32,000 nucleotides of DNA, taken from the NCBI RefSeq assembly GCF_000020385.1, contig NC_010814.1, forward strand, positions 630,001 to 662,000. The letters run 5' to 3'. Position 1 is the first letter of the stretch. Each line of letters opens with the position of its first letter. Of the stretch, positions 1-9,303 are shown in pieces. The DNA comes from Trichlorobacter lovleyi SZ. Its GTDB lineage: Bacteria; Desulfobacterota; Desulfuromonadia; Geobacterales; Pseudopelobacteraceae. Made by a program: the position numbers and the translations under genes. The notes under the pieces are model-generated. The model had not been told where the DNA came from. It saw only the letters and a program-made list of their open reading frames with translations, and made no database searches.

Positions 1-597
1 TTATCTCTGAAAAAGCGGGCGCTGCTCCCCTATCGCGGTACAGCCGGTGATGCAGTCTATTTTATCAAGTATGGCCGGATCAAGGTCATCAGGACATCGC
101 CTGACGGGAGGGCGCTGATTCTGGATATTCTCGGAGCAGGTACCCTGCTGGGAGAGCTTGTCCGGGAGCCGGCAGGAGATGATGAAGGGGTAACGGCAGA
201 AGCGATGGAAGAGACCTTGCTCTGCATGATGCAGCGGGATAATTTTGATCATCTTATGGAACTTGTGCCGAAACTTTCCACACGGATTACAAAGCTGTGC
301 GGCCTGCGCCTGAAACGGGTTCAGAACCGTCTGGTAGATATGTTGTATTGCTCGGTTGAAGTGCGTCTTGCAAGAGCCTTGCTCAATCTGGCAGAAGAAT
401 TCGGTGTTTCTCTGCCAGACGGTATGCTGATAGACCTGCGACTTACCCATAACGAACTGGCAGGATTGATCGCCTCAACCCGCGAAACGGTTTCTGCGAT
501 GCTTATGGAGCTGCATAAAAGGGGGCTGCTTGAATTCCGCAGGCATCGGATTCTGCTGGTTCAGCCGATGAAACTTGCGGCGATTGCCGGGCGCTAG
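1..597 (+). CDS. Crp/Fnr-family transcriptional regulator, 5' end cut by the window edge
   Basis: Frame 1 is open from nt 1 to the TAG at 595-597. The N-terminal part (GDAVYFIKYGRIKV..SPDGRALILDILGAGTLLGE) looks like a cNMP-binding barrel. The C-terminal LTHNELAGLIASTRETVSAMLMELHKRGLL is a Crp-type HTH. Confidence 0.8.
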   Translation, partial: LSLKKRALLPYRGTAGDAVYFIKYGRIKVIRTSPDGRALILDILGAGTLLGELVREPAGDDEGVTAEAMEETLLCMMQRDNFDHLMELVPKLSTRITKLCGLRLKRVQNRLVDMLYCSVEVRLARALLNLAEEFGVSLPDGMLIDLRLTHNELAGLIASTRETVSAMLMELHKRGLLEFRRHRILLVQPMKLAAIAGR

Positions 598-603
598 ACG
601 GTG

Positions 604-1398
604 TCAAACCGTGCACATGATCCGTTTAACCAGGTAATCACCTCCGATCACCAGATATTCCCCCTCCCCCTTTAACAGACTGGTGGGGAGCAGTTCATCA
701 AAAAAGAAGATCTTTGAGGTGGGGACCTGTATCCGCCAGACTATCGAGCCGAACTCCCAGGCCCGCTCCTCTTCGTCCGTAAACGAGACCAGATTGTTCA
801 GCCGCACAATCTGCTCACGCTTGCTCACCTGCTCGATAATCTGATCTTCAGTTGCACCGTTGGTGCCGCGAAAGAGCGTAAGTTGGATCAGTTCGCCATG
901 ACTGCGGCTCAGCTCGTACTGACAATATTCGTACAACAGATCAAGCTGGGCGTTGATGGCGTTGGTCCGCTTGCTGCCACGGGTACGATCCATGATGTAG
1001 CAGTAGTGGGCCTCTGAATCCGTGCCGCTGATCCGGCCGTTGTGAAAGGTAGGGGCAATTCCCATCCGGCTCTCAACCCAGCTTTTCAGCACCGCCCCTT
1101 CCACTGAATTGCTGTCCATCATCCATCCCTTCAGAAAGCGCAGATAACTGTTCCGTAACGCCTTTCTTGCAGAATCGGTATGGCCGTCCTCATGGTGAAG
1201 CTGGAATTTGACCGAGAGGTAGTCACTGAACACCTGACCACGCTCTTCACGGCTTGCAATGGTATCAAGCTTGTTAAACAGAAAGCGGTTGGCTTCCCGC
1301 ACCCCCTGCAAAAACAGCGGTTGCGGATGTTCGTTGAAGTGACGGGAGCCGATCACCCAGGGGGGCAGGTTGCATAAATTGAAGGCGGTACTCGACAT
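604..1398 (-). CDS. draT: NAD+--dinitrogen-reductase ADP-ribosyltransferase (DraT)
   Basis: 264-aa ORF in nif context. It carries an R-S-ExE ADP-ribosyltransferase signature (TLFRGTN, NNLVSFTDEE, KGEGEYLVIGGDY). Blocks recalled from DraT are present (PQPLFLQGVREANRFLF, YLRFLKGWMMDSN, AVLKSWVESRMG). Confidence 0.75.
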   Translation of the reverse strand: MSSTAFNLCNLPPWVIGSRHFNEHPQPLFLQGVREANRFLFNKLDTIASREERGQVFSDYLSVKFQLHHEDGHTDSARKALRNSYLRFLKGWMMDSNSVEGAVLKSWVESRMGIAPTFHNGRISGTDSEAHYCYIMDRTRGSKRTNAINAQLDLLYEYCQYELSRSHGELIQLTLFRGTNGATEDQIIEQVSKREQIVRLNNLVSFTDEEERAWEFGSIVWRIQVPTSKIFFFDELLPTSLLKGEGEYLVIGGDYLVKRIMCTV

Positions 1399-1425
1399 TG
1401 AGAGGCCTTTACCGGAAACTGTTTT

Positions 1426-1550
1426 ACCGCAGAGGACGTAGAGGTTCGCAGTGTAATAACAGAAGGATATGAATTATCCATGCAAACAAAATGGCAAACG
1501 TTTTTCCGGCCTTTTGATTATCCTCTGTGTTACTCCGTGTCCTCTGTGGT
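1426..1550. repeat. Long imperfect palindrome in the spacer between the NifX-like gene and draT
   Basis: The left arm accgcagaggacgtagagg.. (1426-) pairs with the right arm ..cctccgtgtcctctgtggt (to 1550). Inner arms gtaataacagaaggata and tatcctctgtgttac also pair. The apex is about 45 nt. Confidence 0.6.
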
Positions 1551-1576
1551 GAACTGCCTTTTCCAGGTTTGTTAAG

Positions 1577-1909
1577 TTAATACAGCTTGATAACTTCTTT
1601 CAGCACATCAATGATCGGCCCGCTCAGACTTATGATATCAATCCCCAATCGTTCCATCTCCTCTTTCGGGGATTCACCTATCATGGCCGTTACTACCACC
1701 CGGCAGGCGCCTAAACCGCCGGCAATAGCTGCCAGCTTGTCCGCCATCAGGCTGTGCCCCGGACCGGTGCCGCCGCAGTAGGGAGGGGCCTGCACCTCAT
1801 ACAACAGTACAGGCTCTCCTGTCCCTACCTCGAACACTAAAAACCGCTCGGCCTTACCGAAATGGGTATCAATCTGTTTGCCATCGGATGATGTTACGGC
1901 GATCAGCAT
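1577..1909 (-). CDS. Dinitrogenase FeMo-cofactor biosynthesis domain protein (NifX/NifB-C/NafY family)
   Basis: 110 aa. The MLIAVTSSDGKQIDTHFGKAERFLVFEV start is typical of the NifX/NifB C-terminal fold, and the gene sits in nif context. Confidence 0.75.
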   Translation of the reverse strand: MLIAVTSSDGKQIDTHFGKAERFLVFEVGTGEPVLLYEVQAPPYCGGTGPGHSLMADKLAAIAGGLGACRVVVTAMIGESPKEEMERLGIDIISLSGPIIDVLKEVIKLY

Positions 1910-1945
1910 GATGAGCCTCCTTGTGTACCGCCGAAGGTCTTGTTG

Positions 1946-2209
1946 CTACAGTGATGCCGATTCAAACGAGAAACATTTCTTCGGGCAGGTCCGGCCACAG
2001 GCCTGGCAGCCTATGCAATTACCTGGATTGGCAACCGTCATATACGCCTTGGCAGAATCATCTTCATCCACTTCTTCATAGCCGAGAACATCCATAACAC
2101 AAACCTTGTAGCAACGTCCGCACCCGATACAAATATCTCTGTCGATGTTTTTTACAAACTTCGGAATCCACTCCTGCTTATCACGGGTCAACCCAGTTAT
2201 AACGCCCAT
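1946..2209 (-). CDS. 2x[4Fe-4S] ferredoxin, nif-specific ferredoxin III type
   Basis: 87 aa with ITGLTR..W.PKF at the start and two CIGCGRC / CIGCQACGRTCPKKC cluster motifs. It is a paralog of the next ORF. Confidence 0.8.
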   Translation of the reverse strand: MGVITGLTRDKQEWIPKFVKNIDRDICIGCGRCYKVCVMDVLGYEEVDEDDSAKAYMTVANPGNCIGCQACGRTCPKKCFSFESASL

Positions 2210-2250
2210 AGTCTATACCTCCAGTATGTTTATGTTAGCAGTATGCCGCT

Positions 2251-2520
2251 CTAAAGCTCGACTTCTTCCAAGGTGAAACAGTTTTTGGGGCAGGTCCGTC
2301 CGCAGGCACCGCAACCGATGCAGCGTCCGGGGTGTTTAATTGTCATGATGTCTTTTTCTAAGTAATGTTCTTCAACTTCGATCGTCGTAAGTTCAAGGAC
2401 TCCCTTGGAGCAGGCCTTAAAGCAGCGACCACAGCCTATACAGGTATCAATATCAATGCTTGTAGCAAACTTCGGAGTCCAGACCTGCCCGTTTCTGGTA
2501 AGACCAGTAATTGATGCCAT
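2251..2520 (-). CDS. 2x[4Fe-4S] ferredoxin, nif-specific ferredoxin III type (tandem paralog)
   Basis: 89 aa with the same architecture (CIGCGRCFKAC, CIGCGACGRTCPKNC). Confidence 0.8.
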   Translation of the reverse strand: MASITGLTRNGQVWTPKFATSIDIDTCIGCGRCFKACSKGVLELTTIEVEEHYLEKDIMTIKHPGRCIGCGACGRTCPKNCFTLEEVEL

Positions 2521-2579
2521 GATACTATCTCCTTTGTTGTAAGAGCCATTGAGCTCAGATTAACTGACCTATTGTGCTT

Positions 2580-2966
2580 TTAATCCTCTTCGTATGATAC
2601 TGCCTGTCCCTTATTCATCGCCTTGCGCAGCCAGGGCGGTGGATTGCCCCGCAATACTTCCTGAAACTTTGCCACGGTTTCCGGCAGGCTGACTTCAGTG
2701 TTGGTCTTCATCGGGTGGATCTTCAGGGCCACCAGCTTTGCTGCTGCCGGGCCGCCGATCTGCATCGTGTAGACAATGGCACAGTCGGACAGAATTTTAG
2801 CCCGTGCTGCGATCCGATCCTCTTCATCAGAACCGTGTGCCTCGGTCTTGACTGATTCGATAAATGATGCCTGGTCCGGTCCCACTTCCCAGATCTGGAA
2901 GCTCTCACACTGCCCAAAATGCTGATCAATCATACTGCCGTCGGTTGTCGTGAATGCGATTTTCAT
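2580..2966 (-). CDS. nifX: Nitrogen fixation protein NifX
   Basis: The start was moved to the ATG at 2966, which follows an AAGGAGG Shine-Dalgarno. MKIAFTTTDGSMIDQHFGQCESFQIWEV and the C-terminal PPPWLRKAM tail are NifX-like. Confidence 0.8.
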   Translation of the reverse strand: MKIAFTTTDGSMIDQHFGQCESFQIWEVGPDQASFIESVKTEAHGSDEEDRIAARAKILSDCAIVYTMQIGGPAAAKLVALKIHPMKTNTEVSLPETVAKFQEVLRGNPPPWLRKAMNKGQAVSYEED

Positions 2967-3002
2967 GGTTAGCCTCCTTTGCGAAAAGCACGCAAATGGT
3001 TT

Positions 3003-3018
3003 AGCACAGAACATGCCA
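3003..3018 (-). promoter_or_regulatory. sigma54 (-24/-12) promoter for the nifX operon
   Basis: The minus strand reads TGGCATGTTCTGTGCT, with correct GG-N10-GC spacing. It lies about 37 nt upstream of the nifX ATG. Confidence 0.7.
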
Positions 3019-3280
3019 ACAGGCGTTGCAAGTAATTACAGTGTATTACTGGATAATTGGAGGTACTGAACCTGCTTTGTGCCCAAAACATAAGCGCCAC
3101 CCTGCCATACCGATACACATCCTGTATGTACATATGGCAGGGTTTTCAGATACGTAAACGATTGCCTGATCCCTTTACATTTATTGTCTTTTGTGGGAGA
3201 AATTGAGCGGTTAGCTGTGGTGAAGCTGCAATGATTCAGATCATTTTGCGCTGTCTGAGACAGCAGAGAGAGTTGGCTGA

Positions 3281-6200
3281 ATGATTTTCAGTGAAGATTC
3301 GCGTGTCAAAATCCCCTGCATCCTGCATCTGGTCCGGCTTGGTTACCAGTATCTCTCCCTCAAAAATGCCGTATGGGATGAAGAAACCAATATCTTTCCA
3401 GAGTTGTTTCGTCGCTCCATCGCCCGGATCAATCCCGGCACTGGCAACGATGAGATTCAACGTTTACTGGATGATGCCAGACTCTCGTTAGATAACGAAG
3501 ATCTGGGCAAAGCCTTCTATGAGAAACTGACAGATCGATCAGGCATCAGGCTGATCGATTTTGAGAACTTTACCAACAACAGCTTTCACGTCGTAACCGA
3601 GCTGACCTACAAAAATGGGGATGATGAATTCCGGCCCGACATTATTCTGCTGATCAACGGTATGCCGTTGGTCTTTATTGAAGTCAAAAAGCCCAACAAC
3701 CAGGAAGGTGTCCTGGCTGAGCGCAACCGGATCATAAAACGTTGCCAAAATAAAAAGTTCCGTCGCTTTATCAATATCACCCAGTTGATGGTGTTCTCCA
3801 ATAACATGGAGTATGACGACGGTTCATCGCAACCGATTGAAGGGGCTTTCTATGCCAGTCCCTCCTACGATGAGCCGATCTTTAATTATTTCCGTGAAGA
3901 AGAGCTGCTCAGTCTGGAGACTCTGCTGGCCCCGGAAGAAGACGAGCTTGAAAACGCCGTCCTTAAAGACAACAACCTGAACGTGATCAAGCACAGCCCT
4001 GAGTTTCTCAGCAACAAATCGCCGGATACACCAACCAACCGGATCTGCACCTCCCTGTTTAGCCGGGAGCGTCTGTCGTTTCTGCTGCAATACGCCTTTG
4101 CCTATCTGAACGAGTCGGAAGGCCTGCACAAGCATGTTATGCGTTATCCGCAGCTCTTTGCCACCAAGGCGATTGAGACAAAGCTGGATTCCGGTGTCCG
4201 CAAAGGGATTATCTGGCATACCCAGGGCAGCGGCAAGACCGCGCTGGCCTACTATAATGTGCGTTTTTTAACCGATTACTTCCAACGACGCTCCATTATC
4301 CCCAAATTTTACTTCATTGTTGATCGGATAGATCTATTGATCCAGGCGCAGCGTGAGTTCACCAGTCGTGGTCTGATTGTGCATACCATTAGCACCCGCG
4401 AGGACTTTAGACGTGACATCAAGACTATCCAGGTGATCCATAATCACACAGGAAACCCCGAGATAACTGTGGTCAACATTCAGAAGTTTGAAGATGACCC
4501 GGGCGTAGTACGGGTTGAAGATTACGATATCAGCATCCAGCGGGTCTATTTTCTTGATGAGGTTCACCGCAGCTACAACCCCAAGGGCAGCTTTCTTGCC
4601 AACCTGAGCCAGTCTGACCAGAACGCCATTAAGATCGGTCTGACCGGTACGCCATTGCTGGGGGACGACTACAACTCCCGCGCCCTGTTTGGCGACTACA
4701 TCCACAAGTATTACTACAACGCCTCCATTGCCGACGGCTATACCCTGCGCCTGATCCGCGAAGAAATTGCCACCAATTACAAACTTTCCCTGCAGGAGGC
4801 GCTGGCTGCTGTAGAACTGCAGCAGGGGGATCTGGATAAAAAGCTGATTTTTGCCCACCCTCGCTTTGTGGAGCCGATGCTGGACTACATCATCACTGAC
4901 TTTGAAAAGAGCCGGGGGGCGTTGAACGCCCCTGGCATCGGTGCCATGGTGATCTGCGACAGCGCTGAACAGGCCCGGCAGATGTTTGAGCAGTTCCAAT
5001 CCCGCTTTGCGCCTTCAGAGGTTATTGTGCAGCCCCCCTGCACCAGTGACAGCTATGCCACTGACCTGCCTCTGGCTGCCGATCCTGCGCCAACCTACGC
5101 AGGGCAGCAGAAACAGGCCACCAGGGTAAAAACTGCAGCCCTCATCCTGCATGATGTGGGCAATAAGAATGAGCGCAAGCAGTGGATGGAGGATTTCAAG
5201 GCTGGCAAGATAGAGATCCTGTTCGTCTACAACATGCTACTGACCGGCTTTGATGCCAAGCGCCTGAAAAAACTCTATCTTGGCCGGGTGATCCGCAAAC
5301 ACAACCTGTTGCAGGCCTTAACGCGTGTCAACCGTCCCTATAAAGAGTTCCGCTACGGTTACGTGGTTGACTTTGCCGATATCCGCAAAGAGTTTGACGC
5401 CACCAACAGAGCCTATTTTGAGGAGCTGCAAGATGAGCTGGGGGATGAACTGGAGCATTATTCCCACCTGTTCAAGTCTCCAGAAGAGATCGAACAGGAG
5501 ATCGAACAGATCAAGGACATCCTGTTCCGTTTTGATACGGAAAATGCCGAGTCATTTTCCCGGCAGATCAGCCAGATTCAGGACCGTAACGTGGTATTGG
5601 CCCTTAAAAAGGCCTTGGCCGATGCCCGCAGCCTCTACAACCTGATCCGTCTGCAAGGTGAATACGCCTTCCTGCAGCAGCTTGATTTCCAAAAGCTGAA
5701 CCAGCTCTACCGTGAAACCTGTAACCACCTTGACCTGCTGAACCTGAAAGAGAGTATTGAGAACAGCGCCGACACCACAAATCTACTTAACGTAGCCCTG
5801 GAAGAGATTCTGTTCATGTTCACCAAGGTAAAGGAAGAGGAGCTGGTACTGGCTGACCGGCTCAAGAACTGTCTGCGCCAGACCCGCGAGGCGCTGGCTG
5901 GCAACTTTGATCAGCAGGACCCGAAGTTCATTAGCTTGAAGGAGGAGCTGGAGCGACTGTTCAAGAAGAAGAATCTAAGCGAAGTGACCCAGGAAGAGAT
6001 GAATGCCAACATCGGCGCACTTAGCCAGATCCATGAGCAGGTTAAGGAACTGAACCGCCAGAACAACCAGCTGCGGGCCAAGTACCAAGGGGACGCCAAA
6101 TATACCCGCATCCACAAACGACTACTGGAAAGCAATATACTCAGCGAAACAGAACGCCGCATCTTTGAGGCCCTGACCGGCGTCAAACAAGAGGCCGACG

Positions 6201-6403
6201 ACCAGGTACTGCAGAATACCCAACTGCTGATCAATGAAAGCTATTTTGAACGGATGATGATGCCGCTGGTGATCAACCAGTTCCAAACCCAGCACAAGAT
6301 CAACCTTACCCCCGCTGCATCCCGCAGCATTAACCGTCTGGTGGTAAGCGAGTACCAGCATGAATTTGTTTCAGGAACCAGAACAGGAGTAGCAGCTTGG
6401 TAA
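3281..6403 (+). CDS. hsdR: Type I restriction enzyme R subunit (HsdR)
   Basis: 1040 aa. Nuclease motif RPDIILLINGMPLVFIEVKK. SF2 helicase motifs HTQGSGKT, FLDEVHRS, GLTGTP and QALTRVNRP. A long coiled-coil C-terminal domain is typical of HsdR. Confidence 0.9.
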   Translation: MIFSEDSRVKIPCILHLVRLGYQYLSLKNAVWDEETNIFPELFRRSIARINPGTGNDEIQRLLDDARLSLDNEDLGKAFYEKLTDRSGIRLIDFENFTNNSFHVVTELTYKNGDDEFRPDIILLINGMPLVFIEVKKPNNQEGVLAERNRIIKRCQNKKFRRFINITQLMVFSNNMEYDDGSSQPIEGAFYASPSYDEPIFNYFREEELLSLETLLAPEEDELENAVLKDNNLNVIKHSPEFLSNKSPDTPTNRICTSLFSRERLSFLLQYAFAYLNESEGLHKHVMRYPQLFATKAIETKLDSGVRKGIIWHTQGSGKTALAYYNVRFLTDYFQRRSIIPKFYFIVDRIDLLIQAQREFTSRGLIVHTISTREDFRRDIKTIQVIHNHTGNPEITVVNIQKFEDDPGVVRVEDYDISIQRVYFLDEVHRSYNPKGSFLANLSQSDQNAIKIGLTGTPLLGDDYNSRALFGDYIHKYYYNASIADGYTLRLIREEIATNYKLSLQEALAAVELQQGDLDKKLIFAHPRFVEPMLDYIITDFEKSRGALNAPGIGAMVICDSAEQARQMFEQFQSRFAPSEVIVQPPCTSDSYATDLPLAADPAPTYAGQQKQATRVKTAALILHDVGNKNERKQWMEDFKAGKIEILFVYNMLLTGFDAKRLKKLYLGRVIRKHNLLQALTRVNRPYKEFRYGYVVDFADIRKEFDATNRAYFEELQDELGDELEHYSHLFKSPEEIEQEIEQIKDILFRFDTENAESFSRQISQIQDRNVVLALKKALADARSLYNLIRLQGEYAFLQQLDFQKLNQLYRETCNHLDLLNLKESIENSADTTNLLNVALEEILFMFTKVKEEELVLADRLKNCLRQTREALAGNFDQQDPKFISLKEELERLFKKKNLSEVTQEEMNANIGALSQIHEQVKELNRQNNQLRAKYQGDAKYTRIHKRLLESNILSETERRIFEALTGVKQEADDQVLQNTQLLINESYFERMMMPLVINQFQTQHKINLTPAASRSINRLVVSEYQHEFVSGTRTGVAAW

Positions 6404-8034
6404 CCCAGGACTTTGAAAAACAGACCAGACAACTGATTGACAGCCTCAAAGGGATTTGCGCTGCCTATGGCCTGGGCAATGACGGCAATGAATTCAAGAT
6501 CATCACCCAGGTTTTTCTCTACAAATTTTTAAACGATAAATTCGCCTTTGAGGCCAAGCGGATTAACCCGAAACTTGCCAAGGCAGAAAACTGGGAACAG
6601 GCCATCAGCACCCTGCAACCCGATGCGCTGGAGATGCTGCAACTGCAGATGGGGGCAGACACCGCCCGCCTTAAGCCGGAGCATTTTGTCGCCCACCTCT
6701 TCAGCCGCCAGAATGCGCCGGAGTTTGCCAAGCTGTTTGACGATACCCTGCGTGACATCGCCGTTAGCAACAACGATATCTTTGCGGTCAAGACCGACGG
6801 TGGGACCAAGGTTACCCTGTTTGATCGGGTCAGCGAATTCATCACCGATGTTTCCAAGCGGGATGCCTTCTGCCGGGCCGTGATTAACAAGCTGGTGGAG
6901 TTCAGTTTTGAACGGATCTTTACCCAGAAGTATGATTTTTACGCGGCCCTGTTTGAATACCTGATCAAAGATTACAACAAGGACAGCGGCGGCAAGTATG
7001 CCGAGTACTACACACCCCATGCTGTGGCAAAGATCATGGCCGCCATTCTGGTGCCGGAGGAACAGCGGGGCACGGTTAAAAACGTCAGTTGTTATGACCC
7101 TTCGGCAGGCTCCGGCACCCTGCTAATGAACCTGGCCCACGCCATTGGTGAGCAACGCTGTGCGATCTTCTCGCAGGATATTTCGCAAAAATCATCAAGC
7201 CTTTTGCGCCTGAACCTGATCCTGAACAATCTGGTCCACTCCATCCCCAACATCATTCAGGGCAACACCTTGACGCACCCGTATCATCGAAACGGCAAGG
7301 CGCTGAAGAAGTTTGACTACATCGTATCCAATCCACCCTTTAAGATGGATTTCAGTGATTTCAGAAACGAGCTGGATGCAACGGAGCATCAGGAACGCTT
7401 CTTTGCCGGGGTGCCTAACATCCCCAAGCAGGCTGTTGAAAAAATGGCCATCTACCAACTCTTTCTGCAGCATATCATCTACTCGCTGAAACCAGGTGGT
7501 AGGGCAGCGGTGGTGGTCCCCACCGGCTTTATTACCGCCCAATCGGGTATTGACCGGAAGATCCGCGAAAAGCTGGTGGATGAGCGGATGCTGGCCGGAG
7601 TGGTCTCCATGCCGAGCAACATCTTTGCCACCACCGGCACCAACGTCTCCATCCTGTTCATTGATGCCAGCAACAAGGACAAGGTGGTGTTGATTGACGC
7701 CTCCAGCCTGGGCACCAAGGTCAAGGACGGCAAGAACCAGAAGACCCTGCTTTCAGAGGAAGAGGAAGACCGGATCATCGCCACCTTCAACAGCAGGCAG
7801 GCTGTGGAGGATTTCTCGGTGGTGGTGGAGTATCAGGAGATCGTTGCCAAGAACTACAGTCTCAGTGCTGGCCAATACTTTGAGGTGAAGATTGAGTATG
7901 TGGACCTGACCCCGCAGCAGTTCAGCGCTAAAATGCAGGGCTTTACAGAAAATCTGGATAAGCTTTTCAAGGAATCAGGGCAGTTAGAAAAGGAGATCAG
8001 GAAACAGTTGGCGGGGTTAAAGTATGCAGAATAA
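6397..8034 (+). CDS. hsdM: Type I restriction-modification N6-adenine DNA methyltransferase (HsdM)
   Basis: TTG start 8 nt after an AGGAG, overlapping the hsdR stop. SAM motif DPSAGSGTLL and catalytic motif SNPPF. Confidence 0.9.
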   Translation: MVTQDFEKQTRQLIDSLKGICAAYGLGNDGNEFKIITQVFLYKFLNDKFAFEAKRINPKLAKAENWEQAISTLQPDALEMLQLQMGADTARLKPEHFVAHLFSRQNAPEFAKLFDDTLRDIAVSNNDIFAVKTDGGTKVTLFDRVSEFITDVSKRDAFCRAVINKLVEFSFERIFTQKYDFYAALFEYLIKDYNKDSGGKYAEYYTPHAVAKIMAAILVPEEQRGTVKNVSCYDPSAGSGTLLMNLAHAIGEQRCAIFSQDISQKSSSLLRLNLILNNLVHSIPNIIQGNTLTHPYHRNGKALKKFDYIVSNPPFKMDFSDFRNELDATEHQERFFAGVPNIPKQAVEKMAIYQLFLQHIIYSLKPGGRAAVVVPTGFITAQSGIDRKIREKLVDERMLAGVVSMPSNIFATTGTNVSILFIDASNKDKVVLIDASSLGTKVKDGKNQKTLLSEEEEDRIIATFNSRQAVEDFSVVVEYQEIVAKNYSLSAGQYFEVKIEYVDLTPQQFSAKMQGFTENLDKLFKESGQLEKEIRKQLAGLKYAE

Positions 8035-9292
8035 TGCGTGGCAATATGTACGGGGTGAAAATTATTGCAGCAAGGTTACCGATGGAACACATGACACTCC
8101 GGAGCAAGTTGAACGTGGTAAATACCTTATAACCTCGAAGCATATCAAGGGAGACGAAATAGATTTTGATAGTGCTTATTTCATAACGGAAGAAGACTTT
8201 AACGAAATCAACAAACGTAGCAAAGTAGATCAATGGGACGTTATCATAAGTATGATTGGAGCCTATTGTGGATTCTGTTTTATAGAAAGCAACTCAGATA
8301 TTGATTATGCCATTAAGAATGTTGGTCTTTTTAAAACTGGAAATGAAATAAACGCAAAATGGCTTTACTATTACCTTAATTCTTCAGTAGGCAAGGCTCA
8401 TCTTGATGCCGCAAAAAGTGGCTCCACTCAGCCATACATTGCTTTGGGCGCATTAAGAGAACTACCGATACTTACCCCGAAAGACGAAATTACCAAAAAA
8501 AAGATAGTCAATGTTTTAGACAGCATTGATAAAAAGATACGCAATAATAACCGCATCAACGCCGAGCTGGAGGCGATGGCCAAGACCCTGTACGACTACT
8601 GGTTTGTGCAGTTCGACTTCCCCGACGCCACCGGCAAGCCCTACAAATCATCCGGTGGGAAGATGGTCTACAACACCACACTAAAACGGGAGATCCCGGT
8701 GGGGTGGAATGACGGCACATTGGATGACCTTGGACAAATTGTCGGTGGCAGTACGCCGTCCACAAAAAAGGAAAGCAATTTCACCGCTAGCGGAACGCCG
8801 TGGATTACTCCGAATGATTTATCGGATAACCAGGGGTACAAGTTCATTACTCGTGGAGCACAAGACGTATCTGACTCAGGGATCAAAGATGCCTCGCTGA
8901 AAAAATACCCGGCTGGGACGGTATTGCTCAGTTCACGGGCACCAATTGGCTACATGGCCATTGCGCGGGAAGAGTTGACCACTAACCAGGGTTTCAAGTC
9001 CTTTATTCCGACAAACGATTATTCTTCTGCTTTCATCTACTACACCCTGAAAAACTCACTGAAAACCATAGTTCAACATGCTTCCGGTTCAACCTTTAAG
9101 GAAGTCTCCGGCGCTGTTTTGAAAACTGTGAAAATCTGCCTCCCTGCTTCTGGCGTTGTTGAACAGTTCACCAATGCAGTTGCCCCTACCTTCAAACGTC
9201 AAGATCTGCTTGAACAAGAAAACCAGCACCTCACCCAACTCCGCGACTGGCTGCTGCCGATGCTGATGAACGGCCAGGTAACGGTGGCGTAA
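8024..9292 (+). CDS. hsdS: Type I restriction-modification specificity subunit (HsdS)
   Basis: 422 aa, overlapping the hsdM stop. Two variable target-recognition domains are separated by the conserved spacers NNRINAELEAMAKTLYDYWFVQFDFP and QHLTQLRDWLLPMLMNGQV. Confidence 0.85.
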   Translation: MQNNAWQYVRGENYCSKVTDGTHDTPEQVERGKYLITSKHIKGDEIDFDSAYFITEEDFNEINKRSKVDQWDVIISMIGAYCGFCFIESNSDIDYAIKNVGLFKTGNEINAKWLYYYLNSSVGKAHLDAAKSGSTQPYIALGALRELPILTPKDEITKKKIVNVLDSIDKKIRNNNRINAELEAMAKTLYDYWFVQFDFPDATGKPYKSSGGKMVYNTTLKREIPVGWNDGTLDDLGQIVGGSTPSTKKESNFTASGTPWITPNDLSDNQGYKFITRGAQDVSDSGIKDASLKKYPAGTVLLSSRAPIGYMAIAREELTTNQGFKSFIPTNDYSSAFIYYTLKNSLKTIVQHASGSTFKEVSGAVLKTVKICLPASGVVEQFTNAVAPTFKRQDLLEQENQHLTQLRDWLLPMLMNGQVTVA

Positions 9293-9303
9293 GGAGTGTA
9301 CAG

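Noticed and set aside
1-450. A 149-aa minus-strand ORF at the window start
   Set aside because: It lies antisense to the Crp/Fnr regulator gene, whose cNMP-binding and HTH motifs are clear.
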